From the NCBI GenBank assembly GCA_010093815.1, contig ML996570.1: a stretch of 64,000 nt of DNA. One strand, written 5' to 3'. This DNA comes from Pseudovirgaria hyperparasitica. Taxonomy: Eukaryota. The notes under the pieces were generated by a model. The model ran no database searches and was not told where the DNA came from. It saw only the letters and a program-made list of their open reading frames with translations. Positions 1 to 13,782 of this stretch are shown here, in pieces (within the stretch, counting starts at the first letter, position 1; the number at the start of each line of letters is the position of its first letter). The translations under genes and the position numbers were made by a program.

Positions 1-306
1 CAAACCTGCATGGGCTGCAAATCGCCCCTGACTTCCACCGCCGAAAAGCACGGCGCGGTCTGCGTAAACTGCCGGCCCCGTTTCGCAGAATTATACCAAA
101 AGACGCTCTCCAAAGCGGCGGAGCTGGAGGTGCGTTTTGCCAGGCTCTGGACGCAGTGTCAGCGCTGTCAGGGGTCGGTGCATAATGAGGTTATTTGCTC
201 GTCGAGGGATTGTCCGATTTTTTATATGCGCATGAAGGCGAAGAAGGATGTTGGGGATGCGGGGAGGGAGTTGGGGAGGTTTGATCGGGATGGGGCGCTG
301 TGGTAG
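1..306 (+). CDS. POL3: DNA polymerase delta catalytic subunit, C-terminal end (partial, starts before the window)
   Basis: Frame is open from base 1. It carries the CysA/CysB motifs CMGC..CVNC and [27 protein letters not shown], typical of the Pol delta C-terminus. Confidence 0.95.
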   Translation, partial: QTCMGCKSPLTSTAEKHGAVCVNCRPRFAELYQKTLSKAAELEVRFARLWTQCQRCQGSVHNEVICSSRDCPIFYMRMKAKKDVGDAGRELGRFDRDGALW

Positions 307-694
307 GGGGATGGGGAGGTGTGGCTTGTGTGGTGTGGAGAGGGGGTATGTGTATAGGTAATTAGGGGCAGTTTGGTTTTGATGATCAATTAGGTGGAAG
401 GCGGAAAGGGAGTGCGGTTTTGTTCAATTAGGGTAGGTAGGGAGAGTAGGGTTGGTGTATTGTATTGTATTAGCACGGCATGGTCATGGTTGTCAGGTCA
501 GAGGTGGCTTGATGTGTGTGTATGAGTTGATATGGTCTATCAGATGCGTGGCTAGCACAGCTAGCTTAGCATGGCATGGCATGGCATGGCATGTAAAACA
601 AACAGTCTATACCCGTATCTCCACACCCAAAAAGTCATTTCCAATCCCCTCAAATCCAATCCACAATCCACAATCCACCCACCGACCCAATCCC

Positions 695-2489
695 TTACAC
701 CTTCCCCACAGCCGCACTCTCAAGCCTCTCCGGACTACTCTCCACCCCATCCCCATGCCCATCCCCGCCCACCTTCCCCAACTTCTCCAACTTCGCCGCC
801 GCCCTTCCACTATGCCCACCCTTGAGCCCAACCCCCGTCTTCCACGCCGGCACACCCTCAAGAAACATCTCCTCGACCTCCTCAAGCGGCTTGCCGGCCG
901 TCTCGGGGAACAAAAAGAAAACATGCACAAACATCGCAACACAAAACACGCCAAAGACAAGATACGTCTTCCACTGAATATTCACAAACGCGGGCGGGAC
1001 AAAGTATCCAAGTGCGAAATTGAACGCCCAATTCGCGGACGTCGCGAGCGCAACTGCCTTGCCGCGGACGCGCAGGGGGAAGAGTTCGGGCGGGTAGATC
1101 CACGAGACGGGGCCCCAGGTAGGGGCAAAGGAGGCGACGAAGAGGTATGTGCATGCGATGACTGCTTTGGAGGGCGGGCCTGCGATTTGCCAGCTTGCTT
1201 CGGGGATGCCGTCTACGCCGCCTGGCGGGGCGGGGTGGCCGTAGGAGGCGAGGAGGCCCGCATTTGCGAATTGCCAGGTTGCCATTAGGAGGGCGCCGGC
1301 GAGGAGGACGGGGCGGCGGCCGAGGCGGTCGACGAAGAGGAGGGCGGGGATGGTCATGAGGACGTTGATGATGTATTGGATGGAGGAGGAGATGAGGAGG
1401 TTGTTGCCGGTTAGGCCGGCCATGGTGAAGACGTAGGTTATGTAGTCTGTGAGGGGGAGGGGGTGTTAGTTTGGGGGGAGGGAGGGGAAAGGGGGGAAAG
1501 ACGTACACATCATGACGTTCATGCCGGTGAGCTGCGACCAGATCTGGGTGAAGACGCCGATGTGGGTGCGGTTGAGCATGCCGGGCCGGAAGAGCTCCAT
1601 CCAGGAGACGTCTGCGTTCTGGCGCTCAAACTCGCAGTAGGCCTGGATCTCGGCGTATTCTTCCGCGACAAGCGAGCTGTGGGGATCGCCTTTGCCCAGC
1701 ACGAGGACGAGCACGCTCTTGCACTCTTCCCAGCGGTCCTTGCGGGCGAGCCAGCGCGGGGACTCGGGCAGGAAGAGCATGCCGACGAGGAGGATGACGG
1801 CGGGGATGGCCTGGAGGCCCCAGGGGATGCGGAAGGCGGCGTTGCCCTTGAGGAAGCTGCAGCCGTAGGAGATGTAGAACATGATGAGGATGCCCCAGGT
1901 GATGGCCCATTGCTGGGCGCCGACGAGGCGGCCTCGGAGTCGGGGCGGGCACAGCTCGGAGATGTAGACGGGGACTTGGGCGGAGCAGATGCCGACGCAG
2001 AAGCCGTTGATGACGCGGCCGACGATGAGCATGGCGATGTTTTGGGAGGCGGCGGAGATGACGGAGCCGATGATCCTGGCGCGTGTTAGTGGGTGTGTAA
2101 TTGGTTGTTGTGTGTGTCTGGGAAGACAGGTTGTAAATACCAGATGATGGAGCCGATCATGATGGCCTTCTTACGGCCGACCTTGTCGGTCAGAATACCA
2201 GAGACGAGGGCACCAAGCCACGAGCCACCAGCCATACTGGCAGTGATTCCGCCCTGGACATCAGAGCGCGGACCGAGACAGTTGCCTCTAGCATCACGGC
2301 CCTGCTGGTTGAAGTAGCATCGGTACGGCTGGATAGGGAGACTGGGGATAGAAATATCAGCACAAGAAATTCCAAAGATCATCAGGGCAAGCAGACGTAC
2401 ATGGCAGACATGGAACTGATGTCGAAGCCAAACAGACCACCGCCAATAACGGCGATGGCGGAGATGAGGTAGATGTTGCCAATGGCCAT
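695..2489 (-). CDS. HGT1: MFS sugar porter, high-affinity glucose transporter type (about 4 exons)
   Basis: Starts MAIGNIYLISAIAVIGGGLFGFDISSMSAI (ATG at 2489). Contains D-K/R-x-GRK/R motifs, PESPRWL, QLTGMNVMMYY (split by an intron) and PETAGK. GT-AG introns join the ORF-track pieces. Confidence 0.9.
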
Positions 2490-4630
2490 GATGGGAGGGA
2501 GGCAGCAGACACACACAACTTGGCAGTCAGTCAGTCAGTCAATTGAAGGAGGACGTCAACAGACGCAGGAAGCGGGCGGTAGACGGAAACTTATAGGGCA
2601 AGCAAAAGTCGGAGAACGCAAGTATGCATGGATGGGGCGAAAAGGTGGATAATAGGGCGGAGATGGGAGGGAGAGAGGGAGAGGATATTCGGGACCGCGG
2701 GGGTGCGCGTGCGAGGGTGTGTGTGGTGTGCGCGTGATGGGTTGCAGCGAGCAAGAAGACGAAGTGAATGGCAGGGGGCATGCAACATCAACAACAACGG
2801 CGATGATTGGATGGTTGGGCTGCAGGGCTGCGGGATTCGAGTCAAATGGGAGTGAGTAGTAATAGCAATAACAATGACTGACTTGACGACGATGAGAGAG
2901 GTGAGCCGAATATGGAGATATCTCCATGATTCATCTCAACCGTCCAAGCATCCAAACCATAATCCAAGTCCAGTATATGCGACCGAGACGAAGGAACAAT
3001 ACAGTAAGACGGCCGTGTCCCAATATTATCTCCAATTCCCCAATTCCCCGATCCCCCATCTTCCAACCCCAAACATGTTCCCCATTCCCCGCATTCCGCC
3101 ATGGCCTGGAGGAATACAGTATGAGCCATATAACAAAAAAGATGACAGTGCAGCAACGTGGCCGTCCTGGAGCACGAACGCAGCAATTGTCTCATGTAGA
3201 GAGTCTCCTGGTTATTCGCTCACTGCCTGTCTGTCTGTCTGTCTGTATACGACGCTCACTTACAACCATCGGTGGTAGTAATTAAGTAATAGTAAGTGAG
3301 TAGTGAATGTATCCATACAACAGTCGAGCAAGCTGAGACATCCCCCGGGGTTGTAGGGTAACATTATCCCGGTAGCGCAGCCGCAGTACCAGGTGGCGTA
3401 TTACCTGGCACGTGCTCCCCTTTTCCCGCCGCCGCTGACGGAGATGGCTGCGGCCCTCTATTCTGCACAACAATCAACAATCAACATCAACAATCCCCGA
3501 ACTATCACTTATTCACTATACCATTACTCACTGGACCATTACTCAACAGCAACATCTCTTCAACAAAACTGACACGAAACACACAACTGACACAAGACAC
3601 GAAACACGCGACTGACACGTGCACCCAGTCTTGGCTGACGTAGCCCCCACAAACAGCTGGGGCCGGGGCTGCCACGATCCAGCCCTGCCCGGCCGGACAC
3701 ACGATCAAGGAACGCGAAATGTGACGAACGATACATGCTACATGATACATAACACATACATCATACATCATCCTACACATCCATACTCCGGTACACAACT
3801 TACCAGCACCAGCAACCAGTCCCAGTACCAACAACAGCCGGAATGTAACTCATCCACCCATCCATCCATCCAGCAAACACGCTAACGATCACACACATAT
3901 GTACATGTAACCACCAGGCCCAGCCAGCCCCACTCGGTCGGGGACAGCCCTACAGTCCGAGCTCCCGCGTCTCGTGACATCGCTCTCTTTTCTCTCGTCT
4001 GGCTGGGTGACCTCTCTATTAGTTAGTTCGTTAATTAGTGGCGGCCGTTCCGGTACTTTGTTCTTAGTCAAAGACTCAAAGGCTTTGATTTGAGAAGAGG
4101 AGGAAGGGAGGGAGGGAAGGGAGGGTGTAGGTAGTATATTCCAATGATAGTCATAATACTCATGATATATACATCCATACGCTCAGTACAGAACAGCCAA
4201 TGGCCAACGCCTGGCTGCCCTTTGCCACACAACAACATACACACACCATTTGCCACAACCTATACCGCTCACTAATTACCTGCCCATGAGAACAATCGAT
4301 ATATATCCCAATGCACACCAAGAACAATTAAAATTGAAACAAAACAAACCAAATGCAAAAAAGCTTCCTACGTCCTGACATCTCCGCCTCGCAGACCCGC
4401 TATCACACTAACTAGCTCGTAAACTAAGTACATACATACATACATATTACCCCTTTCGTCACGGAGGGCAAGAACCACCCTATGCCATGCTCATGCTCGT
4501 GCCGCATTAGTAGCTCTTTCCTAATCTACTCTCTTCCCTCCCTCTGCCGGCCGGGCCGTAGCTCCTTCTAGAAGTCGTAGAAGTTCTAGAAGACAATGAC
4601 AATAATAACAGCAACGTTGGATTATAGTTT

Positions 4631-4631
<1 letters not shown>

Positions 4632-4677
<46 letters not shown>
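4632..4677. repeat. (GT)n microsatellite, about 23 units
   Basis: Read directly from the sequence. Confidence 0.95.
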
Positions 4678-4678
<1 letters not shown>

Positions 4679-5202
4679 GTGTGAGCGGCACGTGACTGAC
4701 TGCTTGCACTGAATGCACACACACCATAATTACTACACTGGGCCAACAACAACAACAACACCTGTATTTGAGGTGCACAAACACACACACACGTACACGC
4801 ACACACACGCAGGCACAGCAGACGGCTAAATGCCAGCTAACGGTGGAACGGTTAGGCGATTGAGCTTCCTTGCGAACAATCACGTGACTGTCCCTGGACA
4901 TACACATGACACATATACACAACATCAGTAAGACCCGGGATAATACTTTTAAAATATTCAGTTTCTTGCCAGCTATCAATGAATGTTCTATCCGCCCCTC
5001 ACACCGTGTACGCTTTTCGAGTTCACCACCCACTCTACTCTCGTCCCGATCGATCCAATCCATTCCCAGCGCCATACCGTGCCGTGCCATGCCATGCTGT
5101 ACCAGCCCCAAAGAATAGGATAAAATAACCACCAACACCCACCCAGTCGCTATGCAAAAAACTTCCCAGTCTCACCATCTTCACACCTCTAACTACTCCC
5201 AT

Positions 5203-7886
5203 TCAACGTCCACCACCTGCCGCCCCGTCCTCCTGCCTGGCTACATACTCCACCTTGACAACCCAGTCACTGCCAAACGCAACACCGCGCCCGTTTGAAA
5301 TCCCCGCCTTCTTCCATGGCCTGTTAAGTCCAATGTCCACGACCCAGAGAACCCACTCTGCGCCGCTGACGCCATTGTCGAGTGCGCGCAGGATCCCCGT
5401 GCGAGGCGCGCCGAGGCAGACGACGTGCTTGGCGCGAAGTTCGAGGGGTTCGCCTTCTAGAATGGAGATTTCGCCTGTGAGAAACGACATGTTAGTTGTG
5501 GATTCCATCAATATACAGCATCGCTGAAGCCTTACCGGTGCTTGCGGCTACTCCGCTGGGCCCTTCGATGGCCAGGACCCCGGCGCGGCTCTTGTTTGCC
5601 CAGCCAATCATCTGCAGCACCTCCTTCCGGTCTGCGTCGGCGAGTGCGTCAAACTCGAGATGTCGGCCCAGGACCGCGTCTACAATGAGCTCGGGTGGTG
5701 CTTGCAGCTTCTTCAGCGCAAGCTCGAGATCCGTCCAGCCTCTGACTGATCCCCCGTACGCTTGGAACAGGTCAATCTGACGCCGCAGGTGCGTGTCGCG
5801 GTCGTTTGGGTCGCGATTGAAACCAACAACAGTCACCATAACGCGTACGCCTCGCATGTGCACATGTCTGGCCGCTGCCACCGCACGAGCCCCAGACCGA
5901 TGGTTGCCCACGAGCACCACAATCACCGGCTTCGAGTTTAGTGCAACATTCTCGCGAGCAAGCCGTCGTCCGCCTGGATTGATGGTCGCAAGTGCTATTT
6001 CCGCAACCCCTCGACCCGCATTCTCAGCCATGATGTCCTCCGATAGTCCAAACTCGACCTCGGCTGTCTCTTCCACCGCAGCCATACTGCCTGGCGACAG
6101 TGTATGACAAGTCCGGCCCGATGTCACAATCCGTAGACAAGCCGATCGACTATTGCCCTGCGGCATAGGGGACGGCAATGGAGACTCTGGAGGCGTCGCA
6201 CGGCCAGACGGTTTTGGGGAGCCTGTTGCGTGTGACGAGGCATATGCAGGACCAGCGTATGCTTTGTTACGCACGAGGAGGTTTGGCACTGTCGAGTGAG
6301 GAGGCAGGCCATCCGGGATAACCCCACTGCCAGATCTTTGAGGGTTCCGTCTGCTCGACGCTCGTGACATGTTGCGTCTGGAAGCCCGCTCACTCTCGAC
6401 CTCGGACTCGCTCGAAGATAGGCTCTGGCTCTGTGTGCGATGTTTCGTTCCGCCCAGAACATTCTCAGTAGGATGTATGTTCTTGCCACCGTATGTGCCC
6501 GGTCTATGCTGTACTCGGTTGAAGCTGACAAGTCGATCCTCGTCCGCCGTCGTGTCCTCGTTACGGATTTGTCCAAACACAGTCGGCTTGTCGAACTTGG
6601 CGAGATTGCTCGCAAAGTCAAACTCCGGCAACTCTTGTATATCAGTTGCATCCTCCGTAGCCCAACCGTTCTGAGATCTTTCGAGCGCCTTCTGCCTCTT
6701 CTCCTTTTTATTCAGCGCTGACAGAGCAGCGATTCCAACTTTGCCACTGATGACTCCAGGCACTTTCGGGCCAGGTGGGGCCTCCTCTTTCAGCAACGGT
6801 GTCTGTCGCCAGCCTTTACCCTTGATGGTGCCGCCCGACTTCTTCACTACCTCCGGTGATGCGTCCAATCCAACTGTGTTCTGCGCTGCACTCGAGACTG
6901 GCTTCTTCTTGCGATTACCCTTCCCACCCCTTCTGGTGCGCTTCCAATCCTCCTCGTTTTTAGCACTCTCCATAGGCTTGCCAGTTCTCGTTTTCGTGAG
7001 ACTTACTCTTCTGACTGGCTCGCCCTTCGGTCCATCAGTGTCAACTTCTTCCTGCTCGTCCCCGATTGCCATGCCTGAGAATGGCTGCGTCAAAGTCGCT
7101 GCAACGTTCTCCTTGGTGTGATTCACTGGCAACGGGCGCTTTGGTTTGGCGACAGCTTGTGTAAACTGCGTTGAAACTGGCGCAGCAGCTTCTACTGGCG
7201 GCTTCATCGGGGTGGCTGGAGCTTCCTGAATGGACCCTCGCAGTGTTTGATTGACGTTTAAACCCAACTCTGGTGCTGGAGCCGAAGGAGGTTTGGCCAT
7301 GCTAAGTATGGCAGGGTCGACAAAGGACTGTTTGGCAGGGGCAGTAGGGCCAACAGGCATTTGTCTTGCTGCCCCTGCAATTGGACTCTGTGTTGGGTGA
7401 CTCGAGAAGGACCCACGAGGCATCGCGAAGTTATGCGGCATGCCAGGGTGTTGGTACTGCGGCCATTGTTGGCGTTGTCCATTCTGACTCTGGAACTGCT
7501 GAGTCGGTTGCGGGTGGCTTTGTTGCCGTTGGGGAGGTTGAAATGGTGGGGCCTGCCACTGAGGCTGAGGAACTACGGTCGGCAGAGGGACTGGCTGTGA
7601 AGCGGGTACGGAAGGAGGTGGTTGTGCATTCTCTTGTTGAATTTTGATATCGGCTATGAAGCGGCCTTCGACGGTGCAGCTAGCTCTACGCTCTCCAGTG
7701 GCGGGATAGAAGACTACACGAGGTCAGTGATGGATACTACAAGATCGCGGAAACCTTCTATATACCATTCTGAAGAGCAAGCGTTGACGTTCGCTCGTCT
7801 ACATGGGCCACGCGGCCTACAATGACCGAGTTTGGAGGCTGGACCAGGGTAACTGCAACTAGTAGGCCGACAAATTGAGAAGCCAT
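5203..7886 (-). CDS. EDC3: Enhancer of mRNA decapping 3 (LSm, FDF and YjeF_N domains)
   Basis: N-terminus MASQFVGLLVAVTL (ATG at 7886). FDF motif GWATEDATDIQELPEFDFASNLAKFDK. YjeF_N region with ENAGRG, VGNHRSGA, PPELIVDA and a final exon containing DIG. Confidence 0.9.
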
Positions 7887-9076
7887 TGTCGAGAGTTAAG
7901 GAACCTAGTCAATAGCGAGCATGACAGATCGACAAGAAGCTACCGGTAAGTTCAAGAGGCTTCGAGGTGAAGTTGGAGGTAGTCAGAGGATCCAGTCGTG
8001 ATGCGCTGCCTTTACGCGTTTGCCAAAAAAAATTAATGGAGCAAGACTACTCAACGCGACCGACGTGCTTGGCATCGGATGTAGTGTCACGTGTCTCACG
8101 TGTCTCACATTCCGTCCACCGGAACAAACTCCATCAAATTCTTGTCACATCACACTTGATATGACTGGAATGACTCGATGGATCGTGCTACGGCCTGCGA
8201 ACGAATGGGTCAACTCCCAAGAGTCTTCATTGTCGAGATGCATGCATGGAATGACAACATTACACCGACAACCCCGACGTGTCTCTCCACTTGACCTAAT
8301 AGCAGATGAAGTTGCTACTATTCTCTCGGAGTAATGGAATGGATCTCAACTCGAGCAGCCTAGTGAGTATCCCTTGAATTCTATGGTAAGTATTCTAGAT
8401 ATTAGATGTCTTTTCGAAGTTTAACCCGTCAAAGCTGCTGCCGGGCCTGTTGCATATGGGCACATGGATATCCTCGCGCCCAACGATAACCGGGATCGCC
8501 TGATGTTTCCCGACAGCAACTACCATCAGTCATGCCCTCATAGCTCAGTGACCTTCGTCCCTATGTCGAGGATTTCTCACAAATCTTCGATAAGAAGTTT
8601 TTGGAAACACTATACATAGATGGCTCCATAAAGTCACTTCTTGGCACAATCGCGGACTGAGATGTCACGAACCGGCAGATGCAACAGATACTACGCGTAA
8701 TGCCGGGATGACGCTACAAATGCAGGGCGATCAATGTAGGAAACCGGCGGGGCGAATCGGCAGTGACCGCTTCACCGTTAACCTGCCAGTATAGAGAATC
8801 TGTATATAAGGCTCTGGTTGCCAAAACGGTATGACCTATGGTGGCTTCTTTACACCTCTCCATGAGCAGTACTACTCATCCACAATAGCTGTGGATACCA
8901 GGTGCATCTCGAGCTGCACATCGACGTCTTCAGTCAAGAAGGGCAGAGAAAGTTCGACCAAGTCCAGTATACGCTTACCACCCCGCGCTCAGTTTCCCTC
9001 CAGCTTCTTTTCCATCCCCATATCCAGCTCTACGATAGCCATATTGATCGTCGTTGCACTGTTGCGGTGAAACAAG

Positions 9077-10709
9077 ATGGTGTCGTGGTATTCGCTCAGT
9101 ATTGCCTGCTTCGCAGCAATCGGCACCTTTCTGTTCGGTTTCGACACCGGAATAATCACCACAACAATAGCCCATGAAAGCTGGGTCGACTACATGAACC
9201 ATCCATCTAAGGGTCTTACCGGTGCCGTTGTCGCTGTATATATTGCCGGCGAGGCTGTTGGAGGCGTCATGCAGACCCTGACAGGCGATCGACTGGGACG
9301 TCTTCGTTTTATGGAGATGATGTGTGTTGTTGTTACGATAGGGACCGTGATACAAACGGCTTCAGTAAACTTTGGAATGTTCTTGGCAGGTCGCATCATT
9401 GCTGGCTTCGCAGTTGGGTGAGTCTGCATCCTTGCACGTTGTGCGCTGCTAAACCCAGCAGAGGCATGGTCGCAACTGTTCCGATCTATCTCAGTGAAAT
9501 CTCACCACCAGAATCGAGAGGTCTGATCGGAGGTATTTCAGGCTGTGGCATATCATTTGGCACCATGTCATCAAATTTTGTAGGTTTCGCCTCGGGCTAC
9601 GCTCCGTACGGACAGATTCAATGGCGTCTTCCCTTGGCTCTCCAGATCCCATGGGGAATCATCTTGTTTTGCGGCCTAATAACGTTCATGCCCAACTCTC
9701 CCCGTCAATTGATACGACGTGGAAAGCCTGAAGAGGCGCGAGCTGAGTTCGTCAAAATCCGCAGAACTTCAGCGTCAGCGGCCGACGTACAGCAGGAATT
9801 TGCTCTCATGCAAAGGCAGATCGAGTTTGAGATGCAAAGAGAAGTCAAGTCTTACAAAGACATCTTTCGCCTATATCGGCACCGAGCATTTGCATCGATA
9901 GCCGTACAAACGATGACATCACTGACTGGCGTGAACGTGAGTCGACATCTGCCTCATCCCTTGTGAGTGATGCTGAATCACCTCAGGTAATACAATACTA
10001 TCAAACGATCCTCTATCGGTCCATGGGCCTCGCGCCTCGCACAATTCTCATCCTTGTCGCCATATACGGAACGGTCTGCTTCAGCGCCAACTGCGCCACG
10101 TCCTACTTTCTCACAGACCAATGGGGACGGCGCAAAATGATCCTCGCTGGGCTGTCCTCCATCATCCTGATCGAGATCTATGCTGCGGTCATGCAACGAT
10201 TCTTCCAAGACAGCACAAACGAAATTGGCAAAGGCTTCGCAATCCTCGGTATCTACCTATTCGCTCTGGCCTACTATGGCCTTCTGAACAGCACAACCTG
10301 GCTGTATGGAGCAGAGATCCTGCCGATGCCACTGCGCAGTAAAATCATGGGGCTCGCTGCCACCAGCCATTTTGTCGTCAACGTGGCCGTGACGCAGGCA
10401 GGGCCCAGTGCGTTTGCGACGATCCGGGAGAATTATTATTATCTGTTTGTCGCATGCTCGGCGTTCTTCTTGGGTGTGGCATATCTTTACTTTCCGGAGA
10501 GTCGACGGAGGACGCTGGAGGAGATTGCGGCCGCATTCGGTGACAACGTGGTTGGTATCGTGGATGTAGACGTCCTGCATCCCTCAACTACGGACGATGA
10601 TCTCGAAACAGAGGGAAAGTCATCGGATAAACATGTCGAGCGCGCAGGAGATGCCGAGTGTACGAGCTATGTAGGTGAACCGAATGGAGCGACTTCTCGG
10701 ATGGTTTGA
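9077..10709 (+). CDS. MFS sugar porter family transporter (3 exons)
   Basis: FLFGFDTG, DRLGR, VPIYLSEISPP..RG, PNSPRQL, SLTGVN/VIQYY, DQWGRR and FPES motifs. Short introns near 9418-9461 and 9937-9986. Confidence 0.9.
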
Positions 10710-11306
10710 TGGATTAAGACCAACGCCTTCCGAGGTTTGATAAGTAGTTCTTCAACAAGAGCTATAAACTGACGGATACTCTACTGTCATCAGCGTATCG
10801 ATGCCATAAAAAGCCTCAGCGACCATATCTCAATGCGGGGAAATGCGGGGAGCAGCCGCTTACGACTAAGAGCAAATGTACGGAGCTTACTCCGCGAAGC
10901 TTATAACAATCAACAATCACCTTCATTCAACTATCGCTACGAGAAACGTAAAAATAATTCACAGAGCGTACAGCCTACGATTAGACGTCCTACCTTGTCT
11001 AGACTACCCTGACTGACACACCACAAGTATAATTAAACGCAAAGAAATACACTCCAACATCAGCCCATTACCTCCTCTCTACTTTGCATATACCCCGCTC
11101 TCCTTCCATTCGACCCTTTCCATTGCCCCGTAGAAGCTGATGCTTGCACAATTACCTCACTGACCCCTATAAAGATGTCCTTATCCCACACCCATGCCCA
11201 TTCCGCTCACTCAATAATCCCATCCTCAAGCCACACTCAACCCATACCCTAAATCTCAAGCCAAACCAGCATTCCAACTCCAACCCACAACCAAAACACA
11301 CAAACA

Positions 11307-11918
11307 ATGCCCCCAACCCAACCCACCCTCCGCGACATCCAAGCGCCCCTAAAAGCACAATACAAAGACGACCCCGCCAGCGCCCTCATCACCCTCAAAT
11401 CACACGGCACCCTCGACAACAACACCATAACCTGCAAACTCTCCTCCTCCTCCTCACCCGCCCTCCAATCCGCACACCGCATCGCCGGCCTCCACGCCAA
11501 AGCCGGCGGCGGCGACATCTCCGCCGGCGAACTCTGCTCAGGAGACATGCTCCTCGACGCCCTCGTCGCCTGCGCCGGCGTGACGCTCAAGGCCGTCGCC
11601 ACCGCACTCGGACTCCCCCTGCTCAGCGGCGTCGTGAGTGCCGAGGGGGACATGGATTTCCGGGGCACGCTCGGGGTGGATCGCGGGGCGCCGGTGGGGA
11701 TGACGGCGATTCGGCTGGGGTTTGAATTGGTGTTTGGGGCGGGGGAGGTGGGGGAGGGGGATGTGGAGAGGCTGGGTAGGTTGACGGAGAGGTATTGTGT
11801 TGTGCTGCAGACGATTGCGCGGAAGCCGGAGGTTAGTGTTAGGGTTGTTGGGAGGGGTGGGGTAGGAGGGGTGGAGGAGGGGGTTGATAGGAGTGTTGTT
11901 TGGGGGACGAAGGTTTGA
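11307..11918 (+). CDS. OsmC/Ohr-family protein
   Basis: Single ORF with AGLH..AGG...ELCSGDMLLDALVAC, AEGDMDFRGTLGV and LTERYCVVLQTI, including the two conserved cysteines. Confidence 0.88.
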   Translation: MPPTQPTLRDIQAPLKAQYKDDPASALITLKSHGTLDNNTITCKLSSSSSPALQSAHRIAGLHAKAGGGDISAGELCSGDMLLDALVACAGVTLKAVATALGLPLLSGVVSAEGDMDFRGTLGVDRGAPVGMTAIRLGFELVFGAGEVGEGDVERLGRLTERYCVVLQTIARKPEVSVRVVGRGGVGGVEEGVDRSVVWGTKV

Positions 11919-12003
11919 TATTGGGGGGAGGAAGGGAACTTTTGTGATAAGCGTATATGATAGCGCAAGGCTCAGCCCCTCGTTGGGGGCAAGGTGGTCG
12001 TTC

Positions 12004-13288
12004 CTAAACATCCATATCAGAACACTTGAATTCCCACTCGTGGGAACGCGCGACTTCGTCGGTGATTTCCTCCCATGCCCATCCACCTGGTCTCAGCCGG
12101 TCTAGGACGCTTGCACTGTCTGGGAAGATTGTCCTCGATCCAAGCAAGCCATGCCAGATGCCAGCCCGGTTATCCACAACGCTGGTCTGCGATGCAGGCG
12201 ACACGGCCGACATATGTTCCGGAGTCGGAACGACACGTCGCTTGACAATGCTGCCGTGGCACCAGAGATATACAAGAGAGGTGAATATATCAGCCTCGTC
12301 CCCCATACTGAGGAGATACAGGTCATGGCGTCCCAGCGGGTGTGATTGTCCTGCGTCCAGTCGGCCCTGATACATTGCCCAGACGTTGGTGAGGTACCAG
12401 TATACTCGTGGAGTCAGGCCCGTGAAGATGATCTTCTTTGCAGCTGGACGCACACAGCAGATTGCAACGTAAAGAGCGACGAATGGCATGAGACGGATCG
12501 TATCTTCGCCCTCCGGACGGGAGGTCATATTGATTGTTCCAAAGGAAGTTACGCTCGAACATCCACTCGTCGATGTTCTGGAGGTTGAGTGTCAGGGTGT
12601 CCATGAAATGGCCATCGGAATTGTTGAGTCCCTGTAGGTAGTGCCGCATGTCGTGCTCCATAAATAGAAAGTCTGTATCTATGTGTATCATGTCACGACG
12701 CCAATCCGAGTCTTTCATGAAGAGGAAAGACTCTTGTGTGGCTGCGTATATGTCTCCGTGCGTGCTCGGGCCGGGAATGAAAGGGGCTCCAGGAAAAGCG
12801 AGAAATGGCAGCAAGAAAATCAATTCTGCTTTGAGGCGGTGCGCATTGAAAGATGGGACACACCAACCAAAGTCTCCGTGATTGCATTGATCAATGCCGT
12901 GATACGTATCCATACGCTGAAGCTTTTGGACGAGTGGGACGTCAATCTGGAGATGGCGAAGCCACGGTCGCAGAGCTCTTCCGTAAGGATACGCCGACAC
13001 CATCTCGTCTGGCAGCAGCTCTGCAAACCTGCTAGCAACAGGTATCTTGAACCTGTTTTGTCCGTAGTAGCCCTCGCCTTCCTTGGTTAACTGTTTACAT
13101 ACCATCATGATACCCGGTGCGTTGTATGTAAAGGTGCCAAAATCTTCCTGCGTAACGTCGATTGCCTCACCCGGTTCGTCTTCCACCAACACCATCTCCA
13201 TGATATCGTTCCGAATCTCGGCAGGAAGGTCGAGAAACCTGAAGACTCCAGGCCCTATCCATTTCCCCGGTAGCATCATAGTTTTCAT
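12004..13288 (-). pseudogene. Hypothetical fungal protein with an N-terminal F-box/2EXR-like motif, apparently frameshifted
   Basis: ORF 12323-13288 starts with FRFLDLPAEIRNDIMEMVL. A second, protein-like 174-aa ORF (12004-12528) overlaps it in another frame. No frame-correcting intron is evident. Confidence 0.45.
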
Positions 13289-13782
13289 AGGCTCGCATCC
13301 AGGAGTGTATAGTCACTACATCCTGATCCGAGAATTGGATGTAGCGTTCAGAAACCTGCAGTGCTCGTTGCTGAACAGAGACGAGACACAATTCGCGGTC
13401 CATTCTCGAAAAGATCCGAGGCGCCGTGAGCCTGTCGAGAATCACAAGTGGTCAGATACGTCCAGTGGTCTCTTACCGTGAAACCGGCAAGTCTGGCGAG
13501 TGGTTTTTGACAAAATTAGAGTCAGCTGCGTGGAGTTGTCACGAATCTGGACGCGAGGAAAAGGAATTTCGAGGGACGGACAGGGCCATGAACGCGAACC
13601 AAAACTGACAACACGACGACGAGACGCGAACGTGAACAGTGTCGCCGCAGGAACGCGTCAATACGCGACCGACGTCATGCCCAAGCTCGCGTATGGATGA
13701 AACCAATACCGTCATAACAACTTTTTACCCCCTTTATATTCCGTCCCAATCCTAGGAATTTCATCCAGCGACCTACACTTCT

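Noticed and set aside
452..2089. Long + strand ORFs (452-1288, 1463-2089)
   Set aside because: Antisense shadows of the GC3-rich HGT1 coding sequence. The same applies to ORFs opposite the P450s and the pectate lyase.
10832..10851. Tandem AATGCGGGGA (two CreA-like SYGGRG sites)
   Set aside because: Too short and common to support a call without expression data.
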